DNA of 64,000 nucleotides from positions 86,999 to 150,998 of the forward strand of contig CAWEHH010000037.1 in the NCBI GenBank assembly GCA_963808765.1, in the 5' to 3' direction. Position 1 is the first letter of the stretch. Each line of letters opens with the position of its first letter. The notes under the pieces were generated by a model. The model made no database searches. It saw only the letters and a list, made by a program, of their open reading frames with translations, and had not been told where the DNA came from. The position numbers and the translations under genes are program-made. Positions 32,311 through 45,233 of this stretch are shown here, one piece after another. The DNA is from an uncultured beta proteobacterium. GTDB lineage: Bacteria; Pseudomonadota; Gammaproteobacteria; Burkholderiales; SG8-41.

Positions 32311-32580
32311 CTACTTGCGCAGCCCGAGCCGCTCGATGAGTATCTTGTACTTATCCGCGTTCGTGCGCTTGAGGTAATCGAGGAGCTTGCGCCGCCGGCT
32401 CACCATGCGCAGCAAACCGCGACGTGAATGATGATCCTTGACGTGGGTCTTGAAGTGCTCCGTCAGATCACTGATGCGCGCGGTGAGTAGCGCGACCTGC
32501 ACTTCCGGAGAACCCGTGTCGCCCTGGCCGCGCTGGTAGTCCTGCATGAGTTGGGCTTTTTGCGTCTGGTTGACGGCCAT
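32311..32580 (-). CDS. rpsO: 30S ribosomal protein S15
   Basis: [13 protein letters not shown]...DHHSRRGLL...LGLRK; 89 aa. Confidence 0.98.
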   Translation of the reverse strand: MAVNQTQKAQLMQDYQRGQGDTGSPEVQVALLTARISDLTEHFKTHVKDHHSRRGLLRMVSRRRKLLDYLKRTNADKYKILIERLGLRK

Positions 32581-32635
32581 CGAACTTAGCTCCCACTGAA
32601 AATCCGCGTATTCTACTCTGCTAAAACCCGTTTTC

Positions 32636-33571
32636 TCAACCAATTCGCGGCCTTGCGGCGACCAGACGCCGGGGCGCGATGCGGCCGGTCGAAGCGGCCT
32701 CGCCCACGCCGAGAAATGCTGCGCCCGGACCGTAGATGCGCACGAGCCCGTCCGGCACCGGCGTTGGAGATTGGATCGCCTGCCCCTGTTCAACCCGACG
32801 TGCCTCCTCGTCGCTTAACGCGACACGGGGAAGATCCGAAACGAGCGTGTCCACGGGCCGCAGACAGTCTGCCCGGCGCGCCTCGGGCAGCGTTTCGAGC
32901 GCCTCGAGGCCAATGGCCTCATCGACCTCGAACGGTCCGACTCGCGTCCGGCGCAACGAAGAGAGACAGGCGCCGCAGCCGAGCGCAGTTCCGATGTCCT
33001 CCGCCAGGGTGCGCACATAGGTGCCCTTGCTGCAGGCGACATGGACGACGAGCGCGTCGGCTTCCGCGCTCAGGAGATCGAGCGCGTGGATCTTCACCCG
33101 GCGCGCTTCCCGCGGCACGGTGATGCCCGCGCGGGCATAGGCGTAGAGCGGTTTGCCATCCCGCTTCAAGGCGCTGAACATGGGCGGCACCTGCTCGATC
33201 TCGCCCCGGAAGCGGGCGAGGACATCATCGAGCCGCGCAAGATCAGGCGCGACCGGCGAACGCGCGATCACCTCGCCCTCGAGATCACCCGTGGTCGTCA
33301 TGAGCCCGAGCCGAATGCCGGCGAGATAGGATTTGTCGGCGTCGAGCAGGGACCGCGCGAACTTGGAGGCCTCCCCGAACGCGAGCGGCAGCAGCCCCGT
33401 GGCAGCCGGATCGAGGGTGCCGGTGTGTCCCGCCTTCGCCGCGCCGAGCAGCGCCTTTGCGCGCGCGACTGCCCGCTGCGACGTGATGCCGGCGGGCTTG
33501 TCGAGGAATAGCACCCCGTCTAGTTGGTGAGCGGGGGCCGCAGAGCGGCGGGGTCCCCGCTCACGAAGCAT
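32636..33571 (-). CDS. truB: tRNA pseudouridine(55) synthase (start uncertain)
   Basis: [28 protein letters not shown]. Confidence 0.96.
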   Translation of the reverse strand: MLRERGPRRSAAPAHQLDGVLFLDKPAGITSQRAVARAKALLGAAKAGHTGTLDPAATGLLPLAFGEASKFARSLLDADKSYLAGIRLGLMTTTGDLEGEVIARSPVAPDLARLDDVLARFRGEIEQVPPMFSALKRDGKPLYAYARAGITVPREARRVKIHALDLLSAEADALVVHVACSKGTYVRTLAEDIGTALGCGACLSSLRRTRVGPFEVDEAIGLEALETLPEARRADCLRPVDTLVSDLPRVALSDEEARRVEQGQAIQSPTPVPDGLVRIYGPGAAFLGVGEAASTGRIAPRRLVAARPRIG

Positions 33572-33648
33572 TCCGGCGCCCATTAGAATTTCCATCAATA
33601 AGTACGAGGCTCAGGACAGAACAGGCCCTTCGCCGCGCAGCGGTCAAT

Positions 33649-34020
33649 CTACTCTTCCCGTTGCTTCTGGCTGGCCACTGCTTCATCGATCAAATGCGAG
33701 AGCCGCACGCCGCGTTCGACGGACGTGTCGTAGCGGAAGTCGAGCTGCGGTACGACGCGAAGCCTCATGCGGTGGCCGAGCTGCGTGCGAAGGAAACCGG
33801 CGGCGCTTCTCAAGCCCGCGCTCGCATCATCGATCTTGCGCTCGTCGCCAAGCAGCGTGAAGAAGACCTTCGCGTGCGACTGGTCCGGGCTCACCTCGAC
33901 GCCGGTGATCGTCACCAGCTCCGGCACGCGGGGATCTTTCAGCTCGAGCCGCAGCAGATCTGCAAGCTCGCGCTGGATCTGCTCGGCGATGCGGCGGGCG
34001 CGAGTGAAGTCCTTGGGCAT
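33649..34020 (-). CDS. rbfA: Ribosome-binding factor A
   Basis: KDPR, AAGFLR, PQLDFRYD; position after infB. Confidence 0.96.
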   Translation of the reverse strand: MPKDFTRARRIAEQIQRELADLLRLELKDPRVPELVTITGVEVSPDQSHAKVFFTLLGDERKIDDASAGLRSAAGFLRTQLGHRMRLRVVPQLDFRYDTSVERGVRLSHLIDEAVASQKQREE

Positions 34021-34090
34021 GTGCGGAAGGAGTGAGGCGCAAGGCGGCGGCGGATTTACAGTCTACGCCTCCCGCCTCTTGCCTCCCGCC

Positions 34091-36679
34091 TCACAAGGTT
34101 CTCGCGACTTCCACCACCTCGTACACCTCGAGCTGATCGCCGACCTTGATGTCGTTGTAGCCCTTCAGCGAAAGTCCGCACTCGAAGCCCGATTTCACTT
34201 CGCGCACGTCGTCCTTGAAGCGCTTGAGCGAATCGAGCTCGCCCTCGTGGATGACGACGTTGTCGCGCAGCAGGCGGATTTTCGCGCTGCGGCGCACGAG
34301 GCCATCGACCACGTAGCAGCCGGCGACCGTACCGATCTTCGAGATCTTGAACACCTGGCGGATCTCCACCACGCCGAGCGTGTTCTCCTTGCGTTCCGGC
34401 GCAAGCATACCGGTCAACGCTGCCTTGATCTCGTCGACGGCTTCATAAATGATGTTGTAGTAGCGGATCTGAACGCTCGCCGATTCGGCGAGCTTGCGCG
34501 CTGCGGCGTCCGCCCGCGTGTTGAAACCGATCACCACGGCCTTCGACGCGATCGCGAGATTGATATCCGACTCGGTGATGCCGCCCACGGCCGCGTGCAC
34601 GACGTTGACCTTCACCTCGTCGGTCGAAAGCTTCGCGAGCGCATGCGTGAGTCCCTCGTATGAACCCTGCACGTCGGCCTTGATGATGAGCGACAGCGTC
34701 TTCTTCCCTTCGCCCATCTGGTCGAACATGTTTTCGAGGTTCGTCGCTTGCTGCTTCGCGAGCTTCACGTCACGGAACTTGCCCTGACGGAAGAGCGCGA
34801 TCTCGCGCGCCTTGCGCTCGTCGCCCAGTGCGATTACTTCCGAGCCGGCCACGGGAACGTCCGAAAGGCCAAGCACTTCAACCGGCAGCGAAGGACCCGC
34901 CGTGTCGATGGTATGTCCCGTCTCGTCGAGCAGCGCACGCACGCGGCCGAACACCGCGCCCGCGAGCAGCACGTCGCCGCGCTTGAGCGTTCCCGACTGC
35001 ACCAGCACCGTCGCTACAGGACCGCGGCCCTTGTCGAGCCGGGACTCGATCACGATGCCCTTCGCGAACGCCTCTTTCGGCGCTTTCAGCTCGAGCACCT
35101 CGGCCTGAAGCAGCAGGCGTTCGAGCAGATTATCGATGCCCTGGCCGGTCTTCGCCGAAACCTGCACGAACATCGTGTCGCCGCCCCATTCCTCGGGAAC
35201 GACCTCGTTCGACGCGAGCTCCTGCATGACGCGCTCGGGATTCGCTTCCGGCTTGTCGATCTTGTTGAGCGCGACCACGACCGGCACCTTGCCCGCCTTC
35301 GCGTGCGCGATCGCTTCCATCGTCTGCGGCATGACGCCATCGTCCGCCGCAACGACGAGAATCACGATGTCGGTGACTTTCGCGCCGCGTGCACGCATGG
35401 CCGTGAAGGCTTCGTGGCCCGGCGTATCGAGGAACGTGATCGTGCCGCGCGGCGTCTCGACGTGATAGGCGCCGATGTGCTGCGTGATCCCGCCCGCCTC
35501 CCCGCTTGCCACACGCGTGCGGCGGATGTAATCGAGGAGCGAAGTCTTGCCGTGATCGACGTGCCCCATCACGGTAACGACCGGCGCGCGCGGATCGAGT
35601 TTGAGCTCCGCATGCGCGGCTTCGCGTTCTTCCGCGAGATAGGCATCGGGGTCGTCCAGCTTCGCGCGCACCGCCTTGTGCCCCATCTCCTCGACGACAA
35701 TCATCGCGGTTTCCTGATCGATCACCTGGTTGATGGTCGCCATCGTGCCGAGCTTCATCATCGCCTTGATGACTTCGGCCGCCTTCACGCTCATCTTGTG
35801 CGCGAGATCGGCCACCGTGATCGTCTCGGGCACCACGATATCGCGCACCATGGGTTCGGGTGCCGCGAAGCCCGCCTGCATCTCGCCGTCATCACGATGT
35901 CCGTGCCGGCCCGCCTTGCGTTCGCGCCATCCCAGGCCACCGCTCGAATCCCCGCGCGTCTTGATCGTGCGCCGCTTGACGGCTTCGTCGCGCCACACGA
36001 CCTGCTTCGCGGGCTTCGGTTTCGCGGTCTTCTTGTCTGTCTTCTCGCCGGGCTTCGCACTCGGCTTGTGCAGCGTGCCTGCGACCGGCGGCTGCGCGGC
36101 CTGACCGGCTTCGGCTTGCACCGGGGGCGCCGCGGGCGCCTCGGCCTTCACCTGCGCCTGTTCCTCGACTTTCGCTTCGACTTTGGCCGCCTCCTCGGCG
36201 GCGGCGACCTGCGCGTCCGCGAGCTCCTTTTTGCGCCGTTCCTGGTCCGCCTTGCGCTCGATCTCTTCGGCCTGACGCGTCGCGAGCTCCGCCTGCTGGC
36301 GCGCTTCGGCCTCGCGCAGCGCGATCTGTGCATCGTCGAGCACCACCTTCGGCGCCTCGACGGGCTCCTGTTCGACGGTGTCGCGCTTCACCAGCACGCG
36401 CTTCTTGCGTACCTCGACCTGAATCGTGCGCGACTTGCCCGTTCCGTCCGATTTCTTGATCTCGGTGGTCTGCCGGCGCGTGAGCGTGATCTTCTGCTTG
36501 GCTTCCCTCGCTCCGTGGGATTTCTGCAGATACTCGAGGAGCTGGGTCTTGTCTTTTTCAGTGAGCGCCGTCTCGACAGTGAGCGCACGCGTGATGCCCG
36601 CCGCCTGCAACTGCTCGATCAGCAGCGTCGGCGGAAGGTTGAGCTCCTTAGCGAATTGGGTAACGTTGATTTGCGCCAT
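34091..36679 (-). CDS. infB: Translation initiation factor IF-2
   Basis: [24 protein letters not shown]. Confidence 0.98.
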   Translation of the reverse strand: MAQINVTQFAKELNLPPTLLIEQLQAAGITRALTVETALTEKDKTQLLEYLQKSHGAREAKQKITLTRRQTTEIKKSDGTGKSRTIQVEVRKKRVLVKRDTVEQEPVEAPKVVLDDAQIALREAEARQQAELATRQAEEIERKADQERRKKELADAQVAAAEEAAKVEAKVEEQAQVKAEAPAAPPVQAEAGQAAQPPVAGTLHKPSAKPGEKTDKKTAKPKPAKQVVWRDEAVKRRTIKTRGDSSGGLGWRERKAGRHGHRDDGEMQAGFAAPEPMVRDIVVPETITVADLAHKMSVKAAEVIKAMMKLGTMATINQVIDQETAMIVVEEMGHKAVRAKLDDPDAYLAEEREAAHAELKLDPRAPVVTVMGHVDHGKTSLLDYIRRTRVASGEAGGITQHIGAYHVETPRGTITFLDTPGHEAFTAMRARGAKVTDIVILVVAADDGVMPQTMEAIAHAKAGKVPVVVALNKIDKPEANPERVMQELASNEVVPEEWGGDTMFVQVSAKTGQGIDNLLERLLLQAEVLELKAPKEAFAKGIVIESRLDKGRGPVATVLVQSGTLKRGDVLLAGAVFGRVRALLDETGHTIDTAGPSLPVEVLGLSDVPVAGSEVIALGDERKAREIALFRQGKFRDVKLAKQQATNLENMFDQMGEGKKTLSLIIKADVQGSYEGLTHALAKLSTDEVKVNVVHAAVGGITESDINLAIASKAVVIGFNTRADAAARKLAESASVQIRYYNIIYEAVDEIKAALTGMLAPERKENTLGVVEIRQVFKISKIGTVAGCYVVDGLVRRSAKIRLLRDNVVIHEGELDSLKRFKDDVREVKSGFECGLSLKGYNDIKVGDQLEVYEVVEVARTL

Positions 36680-36802
36680 CAGTGTCATTCAGTCTGCCGA
36701 TATCCCGGATATCTCTATCTAGCGCCGCGAGGCGCCTTGAGCGGAGGTTTAGCGTCGTGGAAGCGGCGGCAAGCCGGCGCTTCCCGACGCGTCGGTAGCC
36801 CT

Positions 36803-38287
36803 TTATGCATTGTCCTCCGCAAACCACGGTGCGCGCGCCGCCATGATCAGCGCGCGTGCCCGTTCGCTGTCGAGGCCGGTCGCTTCGATCAGATCGTCGG
36901 TTGCGTAATCCGCGAGCTCCTCCTGGGTGCTCACGCCCTTCGAAGCGAGCAGGCGCGCGGTGTCGTTATCCATACCCTCGACCTTCATCAGGTCTTCGAT
37001 GTCGTGCTCGACTTTCTCCTCGCTCACGATGGCTTGCGTGAGCAGCGCGTTGCGCGCGCGGCTGCGCAGCTCGTTGACCGTCGCCTCGTCGAAAGCTTCG
37101 ATCTCGAGCATCTCGTTCAGTGGCACGTAGGCGACTTCTTCCAGCGTGGAGAAGCCCTCCTGCACGAGGATGTCCGCCACCTCCTCGTCCACGTCCAGCT
37201 TGCCCATCAAGAGCGCTTTGACGCGCGAGGACTCTTCCTCGGTCTTTTTTTCCGACTCCTCGAGCGTCATGATGTTCAGTTCCCAGCCCGTCAGCTCGCT
37301 CGCGAGCCGCACGTTCTGGCCGCTGCGCCCGATCGCCTGCGCGAGGTTCTCCTCTTCCACGACGATGTCCATGCTGTGCTTCTCTTCGTCGACGGTGATG
37401 CGGCTCACTTCGGCCGGCGCGAGCGCATTGATCACGAACTGCGCTGGATCGGGATTCCACAGCACGATGTCCACGCGCTCGCCGGCGAGCTCGGAGGTCA
37501 CCGCCTGCACGCGCGAGCCGCGCATGCCGACGCACGTGCCGATCGGGTCGATGCGCGCATCCTTCGAATGCACGGCGATCTTCGCGCGCGAGCCCGGGTC
37601 GCGGGCCGCGGCCTTGATTTCGAGCAGACCGTCTTCGAGCTCGGGGACTTCCAGCTCGAAGAGCTTCACCAGGAATTCGGGTGCGGTGCGCGACAGGATG
37701 AGTTGAGGGCCGCGCGCGGCACGATCGATCTTCCAGATATAGGCGCGCACCCGGTCGGATATGCGCAGGTTCTCCTTCGGGATCATCTGATCGCGCGGCA
37801 GCATCGCTTCGAGTCGGCCGGACTCGATCAACGCGTTGCCTCGTTCCATGCGCTTGATGACGCCGGTGACGAGGCTCTCCTTGCGGGCGAGAAAGTCGTT
37901 CAGGATCTGCTCGCGCTCGGCGTCACGGATCTTCTGGAGGATCACCTGCTTTGCGGTCTGCGCTCCGATGCGGCCGACTTCCAGTTCGCCCATCGGCTCT
38001 TCGATGAATTCGCCCATCTTCGAATCGGGTTTTTCTTCGATCGCCTCGCGCAGCATGTATTGGCGGGAAGGCACTTCGAACTCTTCTTCGGGAACGATCT
38101 GCCAGCGCCGGAAGAACGAGAAATCGCCAGTCGCGCGATCGACCGATGCGCGCACGTCGATGTCTTCCTGATACCGTTTCTTGGTGGCCGACGCGAGCGC
38201 GAGCTCGAGCGCGCCGAAAACGGTTTCTTTCTCGACGTTCTTCTCGCGCGCCAGCGCGTCCACGAGTAACAATATTTCACGGCTCAT
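36803..38287 (-). CDS. nusA: Transcription termination factor NusA
   Basis: [30 protein letters not shown]. Confidence 0.98.
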   Translation of the reverse strand: MSREILLLVDALAREKNVEKETVFGALELALASATKKRYQEDIDVRASVDRATGDFSFFRRWQIVPEEEFEVPSRQYMLREAIEEKPDSKMGEFIEEPMGELEVGRIGAQTAKQVILQKIRDAEREQILNDFLARKESLVTGVIKRMERGNALIESGRLEAMLPRDQMIPKENLRISDRVRAYIWKIDRAARGPQLILSRTAPEFLVKLFELEVPELEDGLLEIKAAARDPGSRAKIAVHSKDARIDPIGTCVGMRGSRVQAVTSELAGERVDIVLWNPDPAQFVINALAPAEVSRITVDEEKHSMDIVVEEENLAQAIGRSGQNVRLASELTGWELNIMTLEESEKKTEEESSRVKALLMGKLDVDEEVADILVQEGFSTLEEVAYVPLNEMLEIEAFDEATVNELRSRARNALLTQAIVSEEKVEHDIEDLMKVEGMDNDTARLLASKGVSTQEELADYATDDLIEATGLDSERARALIMAARAPWFAEDNA

Positions 38288-38308
38288 TCGAACTCCTTAC
38301 GGCACGCT

Positions 38309-38761
38309 TCAGATCGCGGGGACCAGCCGCGCCTTGTCCAGATTCGCGAGATCGAGCGTCACGATCCTGCCATCCACGTCGAGCTCGATCTTTCCGGCAC
38401 GCGTGTCGCGCAACACCCCCATGAAATTCCTTTGTCCTTCGAACGGCACGCGCAGCTTCACGCGCGCTGTGTGGCCGGCGAAGCGAACGAAATCCTGCTC
38501 TTTCCTCAGCAACCGATCGAGTCCCGGCGACGACACTTCGAGCCGGCCGTAATCGATGCTCTCGACTGCGAGCACGCGGCTCAGATGATTGCTGACCCGG
38601 GCGCAGTCTTCGACGTCGATGCCCTGCGGCTTATCGATGAACACGCGGAGCAGAGGCCCTTTTCCGGAACGCTCGAAATCCACGAGCTCGTAGCCGAGGC
38701 CCTGGAGCGTCGATTCCAGCAATTTCGGAAGATCTGCCGTCAATTCCTGCACCACAAACAA
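38309..38761 (-). CDS. rimP: Ribosome maturation factor RimP (start uncertain)
   Basis: [19 protein letters not shown]. Confidence 0.95.
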   Translation of the reverse strand: MFVVQELTADLPKLLESTLQGLGYELVDFERSGKGPLLRVFIDKPQGIDVEDCARVSNHLSRVLAVESIDYGRLEVSSPGLDRLLRKEQDFVRFAGHTARVKLRVPFEGQRNFMGVLRDTRAGKIELDVDGRIVTLDLANLDKARLVPAI

Positions 38762-38790
38762 AAAATGGGCGAACCGCCCATCGTTTTTCT
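38757..38790 (-). promoter_or_regulatory. rimP leader hairpin with U-tract (attenuator-like)
   Basis: Minus strand ATGGGCG-GTT-CGCCCAT-TTTTTG immediately before rimP. Confidence 0.55.
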
Positions 38791-38839
38791 ACAGAGCCTT
38801 GAAGTGTAACAGGAATCTTCACTCCGGTGAAGATTCCCC

Positions 38840-38952
38840 GGCCGCGGCACCTGCCGCGGCAAGAGTCCTTGCGGGCGACAAGCGCCCGCAGCCGCGGCTC
38901 GGTAAACGAACAGAGGGCAACCCATGGTTTCCCTCCGTAACCTCCCTTCCTT
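38840..38952 (+). repeat. Dispersed anti-SD repeat, copy D (upstream of lexA)
   Basis: CTGCCGCGGCAAGA...GCCGCGGCT...ACGAACAGAGGGCAACCCATGGTTTCCCTCCGTAACCTCCCTTCCTT. Confidence 0.88.
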
Positions 38953-39045
38953 AACACCTTCTCTTCTCCTCACGCCTCTCGCTCTCACCTCCCACCTCGC
39001 ACCTATCCTCTCCGGCATTTCACGTTTCACATTTCCTGCTTTATG

Positions 39046-39061
39046 CTGTATATAATTACAG
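39046..39061 (+). promoter_or_regulatory. SOS box (LexA operator) overlapping a -10 element
   Basis: CTGTATATAATTACAG = CTGT-N8-ACAG, containing TATAAT; 17 bp before the lexA ATG. Confidence 0.92.
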
Positions 39062-39078
39062 CCACAGGAGGCTTCCCC

Positions 39079-39681
39079 ATGGACGAACTGACCCCGCGCC
39101 AGGCCGAGATACTGAAACTCATCGAGCGCTACACCGAACGCTCGGGCTACCCCCCAACCCGCAGCGAAATCTGCGAAGCGATGGGGTTCAAGTCGCCCAA
39201 CGCAGCCGAGGAGCATTTGCGGGCGCTCGCGCGCAAAGGCGCCATTGAAATGATTCCCGGCGCATCGCGGGGAATACGACTGAAACAGGAGCCCGGGGTT
39301 CCCGTGATCGGTCGCGTCGCGGCCGGTTCGCCGATCCTTGCCGCCGAGCACATCGAGGCCCGCTATCAGCTCGACCCGGCGCTTTTTTCGCCCAGCGCCG
39401 ATTACCTGCTGAAAGTGCGCGGGGCGAGCATGCAGGACGCGGGCATTCTCGACGGCGACCTCCTCGCGGTGCATCGCACGACCGAATGCCGCTCCGGTCA
39501 GATCGTCGTCGCGCGCCTTCAGGACGAAGTCACGGTGAAACGCATCCGCAAGCACCGCGACAAAGTCGAGTTGATTCCGGAAAACCCGGCGTTTTCGACG
39601 CGGATCGTCGATCTGAAGCGCGAGCCGCTCACGATCGAGGGCCTCGCCGTCGGCGTCATTCGCAACGGACCCATCTTATGA
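39079..39681 (+). CDS. lexA: SOS repressor LexA
   Basis: [22 protein letters not shown] cleavage site, GASM Ser and TVKR Lys. Confidence 0.97.
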   Translation: MDELTPRQAEILKLIERYTERSGYPPTRSEICEAMGFKSPNAAEEHLRALARKGAIEMIPGASRGIRLKQEPGVPVIGRVAAGSPILAAEHIEARYQLDPALFSPSADYLLKVRGASMQDAGILDGDLLAVHRTTECRSGQIVVARLQDEVTVKRIRKHRDKVELIPENPAFSTRIVDLKREPLTIEGLAVGVIRNGPIL

Positions 39682-40433
39682 ACGCCCCTCTCCCCGCGCA
39701 TGCGCTCGACGCGCAACGCCTGCGTGCGACCGCACCCGGTCAGGCTCATCCCGCCGTCGCACGCGCGCTCGATGCGGTGCTCAACCACCCTGCCGTATGG
39801 CGCGGCAGCGAATGCGCGCGCGTCGCGCCCGGCGTTTCAACGGGTTTTGCCGAGCTCGACGTCGAGCTCCCGGGTGGCGGCTGGCCTGCCGGCGCGATCA
39901 CCGAAATCTATGCGGAACGCACCGGAGTGGGTGAAGTCCAGCTCACCATGCCAGCCGTCGCGCGCCTCACGCAGACCGGGCGCTGGGTCACCGTCGTCGC
40001 CCCGTTGCACGTCCCCTACGCGCCGGCACTCGCTGCGAACGGCGTGCGCCTCGACCGGCTTCTGCTCATCGCAAACCAGAACGACGACGACAACAGATGG
40101 GCCTGCGAGCAGGCGCTCCGCGCGTCCTGCTGCGGCGCCGTGCTGCTGTGGCAGGACCATATGAACGAACGCGCCTTGCGCCGGCTGCAACTCGCGGCCG
40201 AAAGCGCCGGTACCACGTTGTTTCTATTCCGCTCGGCGCGCGTCGCGCCGGCTTCACCTGCGGCACTGAGGCTGCACGTCTCGCGGGCCGACAATCGCAC
40301 GATCGTGCGGATATTGAAGCGCCGCGGCGGTGGGCTTCCCGCGCCGATCGCGCTCGATATGCACGGGCGGTTCGCGCGGCGCAGCCTCCCTGCCCGCCCG
40401 CGCGAGCGGCGATTCGCGGCGCTTTCTCAATAA
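39678..40433 (+). CDS. imuA: Translesion synthesis accessory protein ImuA
   Basis: [33 protein letters not shown]; overlaps the lexA stop. Confidence 0.92.
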   Translation: MNAPLPAHALDAQRLRATAPGQAHPAVARALDAVLNHPAVWRGSECARVAPGVSTGFAELDVELPGGGWPAGAITEIYAERTGVGEVQLTMPAVARLTQTGRWVTVVAPLHVPYAPALAANGVRLDRLLLIANQNDDDNRWACEQALRASCCGAVLLWQDHMNERALRRLQLAAESAGTTLFLFRSARVAPASPAALRLHVSRADNRTIVRILKRRGGGLPAPIALDMHGRFARRSLPARPRERRFAALSQ

Positions 40434-40454
40434 ACGCGTTTTCCCGGATGCGCC

Positions 40455-41897
40455 ATGTTGTGGCTGGCAATCTGCCTGCCGTTGCTGCCTCTGGAGGTCT
40501 ACTCGCGTGGAGCGCCGTCCCCCGGCCCCCTGGCCGTCACAACGACGACCGGCAGCCGATCGGAGGTCATCGCCTGTAACGATGCCGCGTTGCAGCGCGG
40601 CGTGAAGCCGGGCATGCCGGTGGCCGCCGCGATGGCGCTCGCTTCCGACCTCATGACGGTGCCGCGCGATCCAACGGCGGAACGCAGCGCGCTCGAAGGC
40701 ATCGCAACCTGGTCGAATCAGTTCACGCCGGCGGTGACGATCGCAGGGCCGGCCGAAGTGCTCCTCGAGATCGAAGGCTCGATCGCGCTGTACAGCGGGT
40801 TGAAGCGCCTGTGGAACAGCGTTGCCCAAAGTTTGAGCGCCCTGGGCTATGCAGGAACGCTCGCCTGCGCGCCGACCCCGCTTGCCGCGCAGTGGTTCGC
40901 GCGCGCAGGCCTCTGCGTGCGCTTGCGGCACTCGGATGCGTTGCGCACGAGCCTTCCGGATCTGCCCGTGGGCGTAATGGACCTCGCGCCCGAAGCGCTC
41001 GACGTTCTGATGAACATCGGCGCAACCACCATCGGCGATTGCCTGAAGCTGCCGCGCGACGGCCTCGCACGCCGTTGCGGACCCGACTTGTGCGAGAAGC
41101 TCGACCGCGCGTTCGGCCGGCGGCCCGATCCGCGGCCGTTCTTCACGCCGCCAGCGGTGTTCAGAGCGGCGCAGCCTCTTCCCGCGCCCGCGCAGCAGGC
41201 TGACATGCTGCTGTTCGGTGCACGGCGCATGCTCGTCGAGCTGTGCGGCTATCTCGCTGCGACGCTGCGCGGTGTGCAGCGCCTGACGTTCTCCTTCGCT
41301 CACCACAAGCGCGAACCGACGCGCGTCACCCTCACGCTCGTTCAGGCTTCGCGCGATCCGGACCATCTCACGAGCGTGCTGCGCGAGCGCCTCGATCGTA
41401 CGGCGCTGCCTGCACCGGTAACCGACATCCTGCTCGAAAGCGAGCTCGTGCTTCCATTGGATGCTTCGAGTCATTCGTTTCTGCCGGACAACGCGAGACA
41501 CGAGGAAGCGGCGGCGCATCTGATCGAACGGCTGCGCGCGCGGCTCGGCGACGAAGCCGTCGTGGGACTGACGCGTGCCGCCGATCACCGGCCCGAGCGC
41601 GCCTGGCGTGCGTGTGAGCCGGGTGGCCGTGACGCGGCGGCGCTCTTGTCGCTAGCGCACCGGCCATTGTGGCTTCTCGCGAAACCGCGGCCTCTCATCG
41701 AAAGCGGCGAAGTGCCGTGCTACGACGGAAAGCTCTCCCTTCTTGCCGGGCCCGAACGGATCGAGTCGGGCTGGTGGGACGGGCACGATGTCATGCGCGA
41801 CTATTTCGTCGCATCGAACTGCGCCGATGCGCTTCTTTGGATCTATCGCGAGCGCTCCGCAAACGGCCGATGGTTTCTGCATGGGTTTTTTGCGTGA
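40455..41897 (+). CDS. imuB: Y-family polymerase-like ImuB
   Basis: RLRARLG, DHRPERA, RPLWLL, GPERIESGWWD, RDYF, WFLHGFFA. Confidence 0.93.
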   Translation: MLWLAICLPLLPLEVYSRGAPSPGPLAVTTTTGSRSEVIACNDAALQRGVKPGMPVAAAMALASDLMTVPRDPTAERSALEGIATWSNQFTPAVTIAGPAEVLLEIEGSIALYSGLKRLWNSVAQSLSALGYAGTLACAPTPLAAQWFARAGLCVRLRHSDALRTSLPDLPVGVMDLAPEALDVLMNIGATTIGDCLKLPRDGLARRCGPDLCEKLDRAFGRRPDPRPFFTPPAVFRAAQPLPAPAQQADMLLFGARRMLVELCGYLAATLRGVQRLTFSFAHHKREPTRVTLTLVQASRDPDHLTSVLRERLDRTALPAPVTDILLESELVLPLDASSHSFLPDNARHEEAAAHLIERLRARLGDEAVVGLTRAADHRPERAWRACEPGGRDAAALLSLAHRPLWLLAKPRPLIESGEVPCYDGKLSLLAGPERIESGWWDGHDVMRDYFVASNCADALLWIYRERSANGRWFLHGFFA

Positions 41898-41956
41898 CGA
41901 GATGCCATGGGAGGTGGACTGATCTGATTCCCCGAACGCAATGATCACAGTGAGAC

Positions 41957-42044
41957 GTCATCCCGGGCGTAGCGCAAGCACACAGAGCCGGGATCCAGAG
42001 CACAACTGAACAGCGCCTGGATTGCGGCTTCGCGCCGCAATGAC
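41957..42044. repeat. REP-like inverted doublet
   Basis: CGTCATCCCGG...CCGGGATCCAG...CTGGATTGCGG...CCGCAATGACG. Confidence 0.7.
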
Positions 42045-42148
42045 GATTTCGAGATCGCCGACATCTGCGTTTCTCGTTTCACGCTCTTCACTCTTCCCGC
42101 TTTTGAACGTTTCATCCTTCACTCTCTTCACTCCTTCATTTCTTCACC

Positions 42149-45100
42149 GTGGTTCCTTCTTACGCCGAGCTTCACTGCCTCACGAACTTCAGTTTTCTCA
42201 GGGGCGCATCGCACCCGGAGGAGCTGGTCGAACGCGCACACGAGCTCGGCTACTCAGCGCTCGCGATCACGGACGAATGCTCGGTCGCAGGTGTCGTGCG
42301 GGCGCATATCGCGGCGAAGTCGTGCGGACTCAAGCTCATCGTCGGCACCGAAGTGAAAATCGAGAGCGGACCCAAGCTCGTGCTGCTCGCGACCGATCGG
42401 GCCGGCTATGGACGCATGTGCGCGTTGATCACGAAAGCACGCATGCGCACACCCAAGGGCACTTATCGCCTCGATACACTCGATCTCGACGACGGACTCG
42501 ACGGTTGTCTTGTCCTCTTCGTTCCGGCCGGCACCGCAGACGATCTCGAGCACGCGCGCCTCGTCGCGATCCGTTTTCCGCAGCGCGCATGGATTGCCGC
42601 CGAGCTTCTGTTGGGCGCGAACGATGCCGCGCACATGGAAAAGCTCCACGCGCTCTCGCTCGCAACGGGGCTTCCGCTCGTTGCGGCCGGCGACGTGCAC
42701 ATGCACCTGCGCTCGCGGCGGGCGCTCCAGGACGTGCTCACCGCGATCCGCCTCGGCGTGTCCGTGCGTGCGGCGGGCGACGCGCTTCATCCGAACGCCG
42801 AGCGCCATCTGCGCTCGCGCCTGCGCCTTGTCGCGCTGTATGACGAAGCGCTGCTGCGCGAGACCGTACGGATCGCCGAGCGCTGTCGTTTCGATCTCAC
42901 ATCGCTGCGCTACGAATACCCCGCCGAGCTCGTGCCGGAGGGCGAAACACCCGCGAGCCATCTGCGCAAGTTGACCGAAGCGGGACTCGCGCGCCGCTTT
43001 CCCGAAGGCGCTCCAGCCTCGATCCGCGAGCTGGTCGAACACGAGCTCGCGTTGATCGCCGACCTCGAGTACGAGCATTTCTTTCTGACCGTTCACGACC
43101 TCGTCGCGCAAGCGCGCCGCGAGAACATCCTGTGCCAGGGCCGCGGCTCGGCGGCGAATTCGGCCGTGTGCTTCTGCCTCGGCATCACCGAGATCGATCC
43201 GGCGCGTATGCACGGGCTGTTCGAGCGCTTCATCTCGCGCGAGCGCAACGAGCCGCCGGACATCGACGTCGATTTCGAGCACCAGCGTCGCGAGGAGGTC
43301 GTGCAGTACGTCTACCGGAAGTATGGACGCGCCCGGGCAGCCCTCGCAGCCACCGTCGTCTGCTACCGCCCGCGCAGCGCGGTGCGCGACGTCGGCAAGG
43401 CGCTCGGACTCGAGCTCGCGCAGGTCGACCGTCTCGCGAAATCGCTCGCGTGGTGGGACAGCCGGTTCGCGGTCCCGGAACGCCTGCGCGAAGGCGGCTT
43501 CGATCCGGAAAGTCCCGTGATGCGCCAGTTGATCGGGCTCGTCGCGACACTCGTCGGCTTTCCGCGCCATCTGTCGCAGCACGTGGGCGGTTTCGTGATC
43601 TCGCGGGGCCCGCTCGCCGCGCTTGTTCCCATCGAGAACGCCGCGATGCCCGAGCGCAGCGTGATCCAGTGGGACAAGGACGACCTCGATGCGCTTCGTC
43701 TGCTGAAAGTCGACGTGCTCGCGCTCGGCATGCTCTCGGTCATCCGGCGCGCGCTCGAGCTGATCCATCCCGGCAAGCGGGCGATCGACACGATGCCGGC
43801 GATCCTCGAGCGGCCCGATGATGACAAGGTCTTCGAAATGATCCGCAAGGCCGACACGATCGGCGTCTTCCAGATCGAATCGCGGGCGCAGATGTCGATG
43901 CTGCCGCGCCTCAAACCGCGCGAGTTCTACGACCTCGTGATCGAGATCGCGATCGTGCGTCCCGGTCCGATCCAGGGCGGCATGGTGCATCCGTATCTGC
44001 GGCGCAAGCAGGGTCTCGAGCCGGTGAGCTACCCATCGGAAGCGGTGAGGAAAGTGCTCGAGCGCACGCTCGGCGTTCCGATCTTCCAGGAGCAGGTGAT
44101 GCAGCTCGCGATGGTCGCCGCGGGTTTCTCCGCTGGAGAGGCTGACGAGCTGCGCCGCGCCATGGCCGCGTGGCGGCGCAAAGGCGGCCTCGAGCCGTTC
44201 GAAGCACGGCTGCGCGAAGGCATGCTCGCGAAGGGCTACGACGCGGCGTTCGCCGAGCGCATCTTTCATCAGATCTGCGGTTTCGGCGAGTACGGCTTTC
44301 CCGAGTCGCATTCGGCGAGCTTCGCGCTGCTCGCCTACGTCTCGGCGTGGATCAAGTATCACGAGCCGGCCGCCTTCCTCGCGGCGCTGCTCAACAGCCA
44401 GCCGATGGGCTTTTATTCGCCTTCCGTGCTCGTGCAGGACGCGCGACACCACGGTGTGGAGGTGCGGCCCGTCGACGTCACCGTGAGTAACTGGGACTGC
44501 ACGCTCGAAGCGTGCAGCGAAGGCGCGTCAGCCGTGCGACTCGGTTTACGCATGGTGAGAGGGCCTTACCGAAAAAGGCGCGCTGCGGATCGTGCAGGCC
44601 CGCGAAACGCAACCGTTCACCGACGTTTCGGATCTCGCGCGCCGCGCTTCGCTCAATCGCCGCGATCTCGCGAATCTCGCGTCGGCTGGGGCGCTTCGGA
44701 CGCTCGCGGGTCATCGGCGCAACGCGCACTGGCTCGTCGCCGGCACGGCCCGCGATGAAACCCTGCTCGCCGACGCACCCGTTCAGGAGGCGCTGCCGCT
44801 CTTCGCAGCGCCCGACGAGGCCGAAGACATCATCGCCGATTACCGCAGCCTCGGACTCACGCTCGGACGCCACCCGCTCGCGCTGCTGCGCAAGCGGCTA
44901 CAGCGCATGCGGCTCTCGAGCGCGGAGGAATTGAAGGCGATGCCGGATGGAAAGCCTGCGCGCACGGCCGGGATCGTTACGTGCCGCCAGCGCCCGGGCA
45001 CCGCCGAAGGCGTCATCTTCGTGACGCTCGAAGACGAGACCGGCTACACGAACGTGATCGTCTGGAACGATCTCGTCGAGCGCCAGCGGAAGGAGCTGCT

Positions 45101-45233
45101 CGGCGCGCGGCTCCTCGGCGTCGAAGGCTACATGCAGAAGGAGAGCGGCGTGATCCACCTCATCGCGCGGCGTCTCGTCGATCACAGCCGCCTGCTCGGG
45201 CGGCTCGTCACCGCGTCACGGGATTTTCATTGA
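42149..45233 (+). CDS. dnaE2: Error-prone DNA polymerase DnaE2/ImuC (frameshift near 44562)
   Basis: [39 protein letters not shown]-terminal SRDFH. Confidence 0.95.

Noticed and set aside
34748-38269. Long antisense ORFs (e.g. 34748..38269, 51786..54344, 42254..44452, 30611..32377)
   Set aside because: Shadow ORFs opposite well-conserved genes in high-GC DNA, with no recognisable motifs
39046-45233. lexA-imuA-imuB-dnaE2 itself as a novel system
   Set aside because: Well-described SOS mutagenesis cassette; only its flanking repeats are unusual
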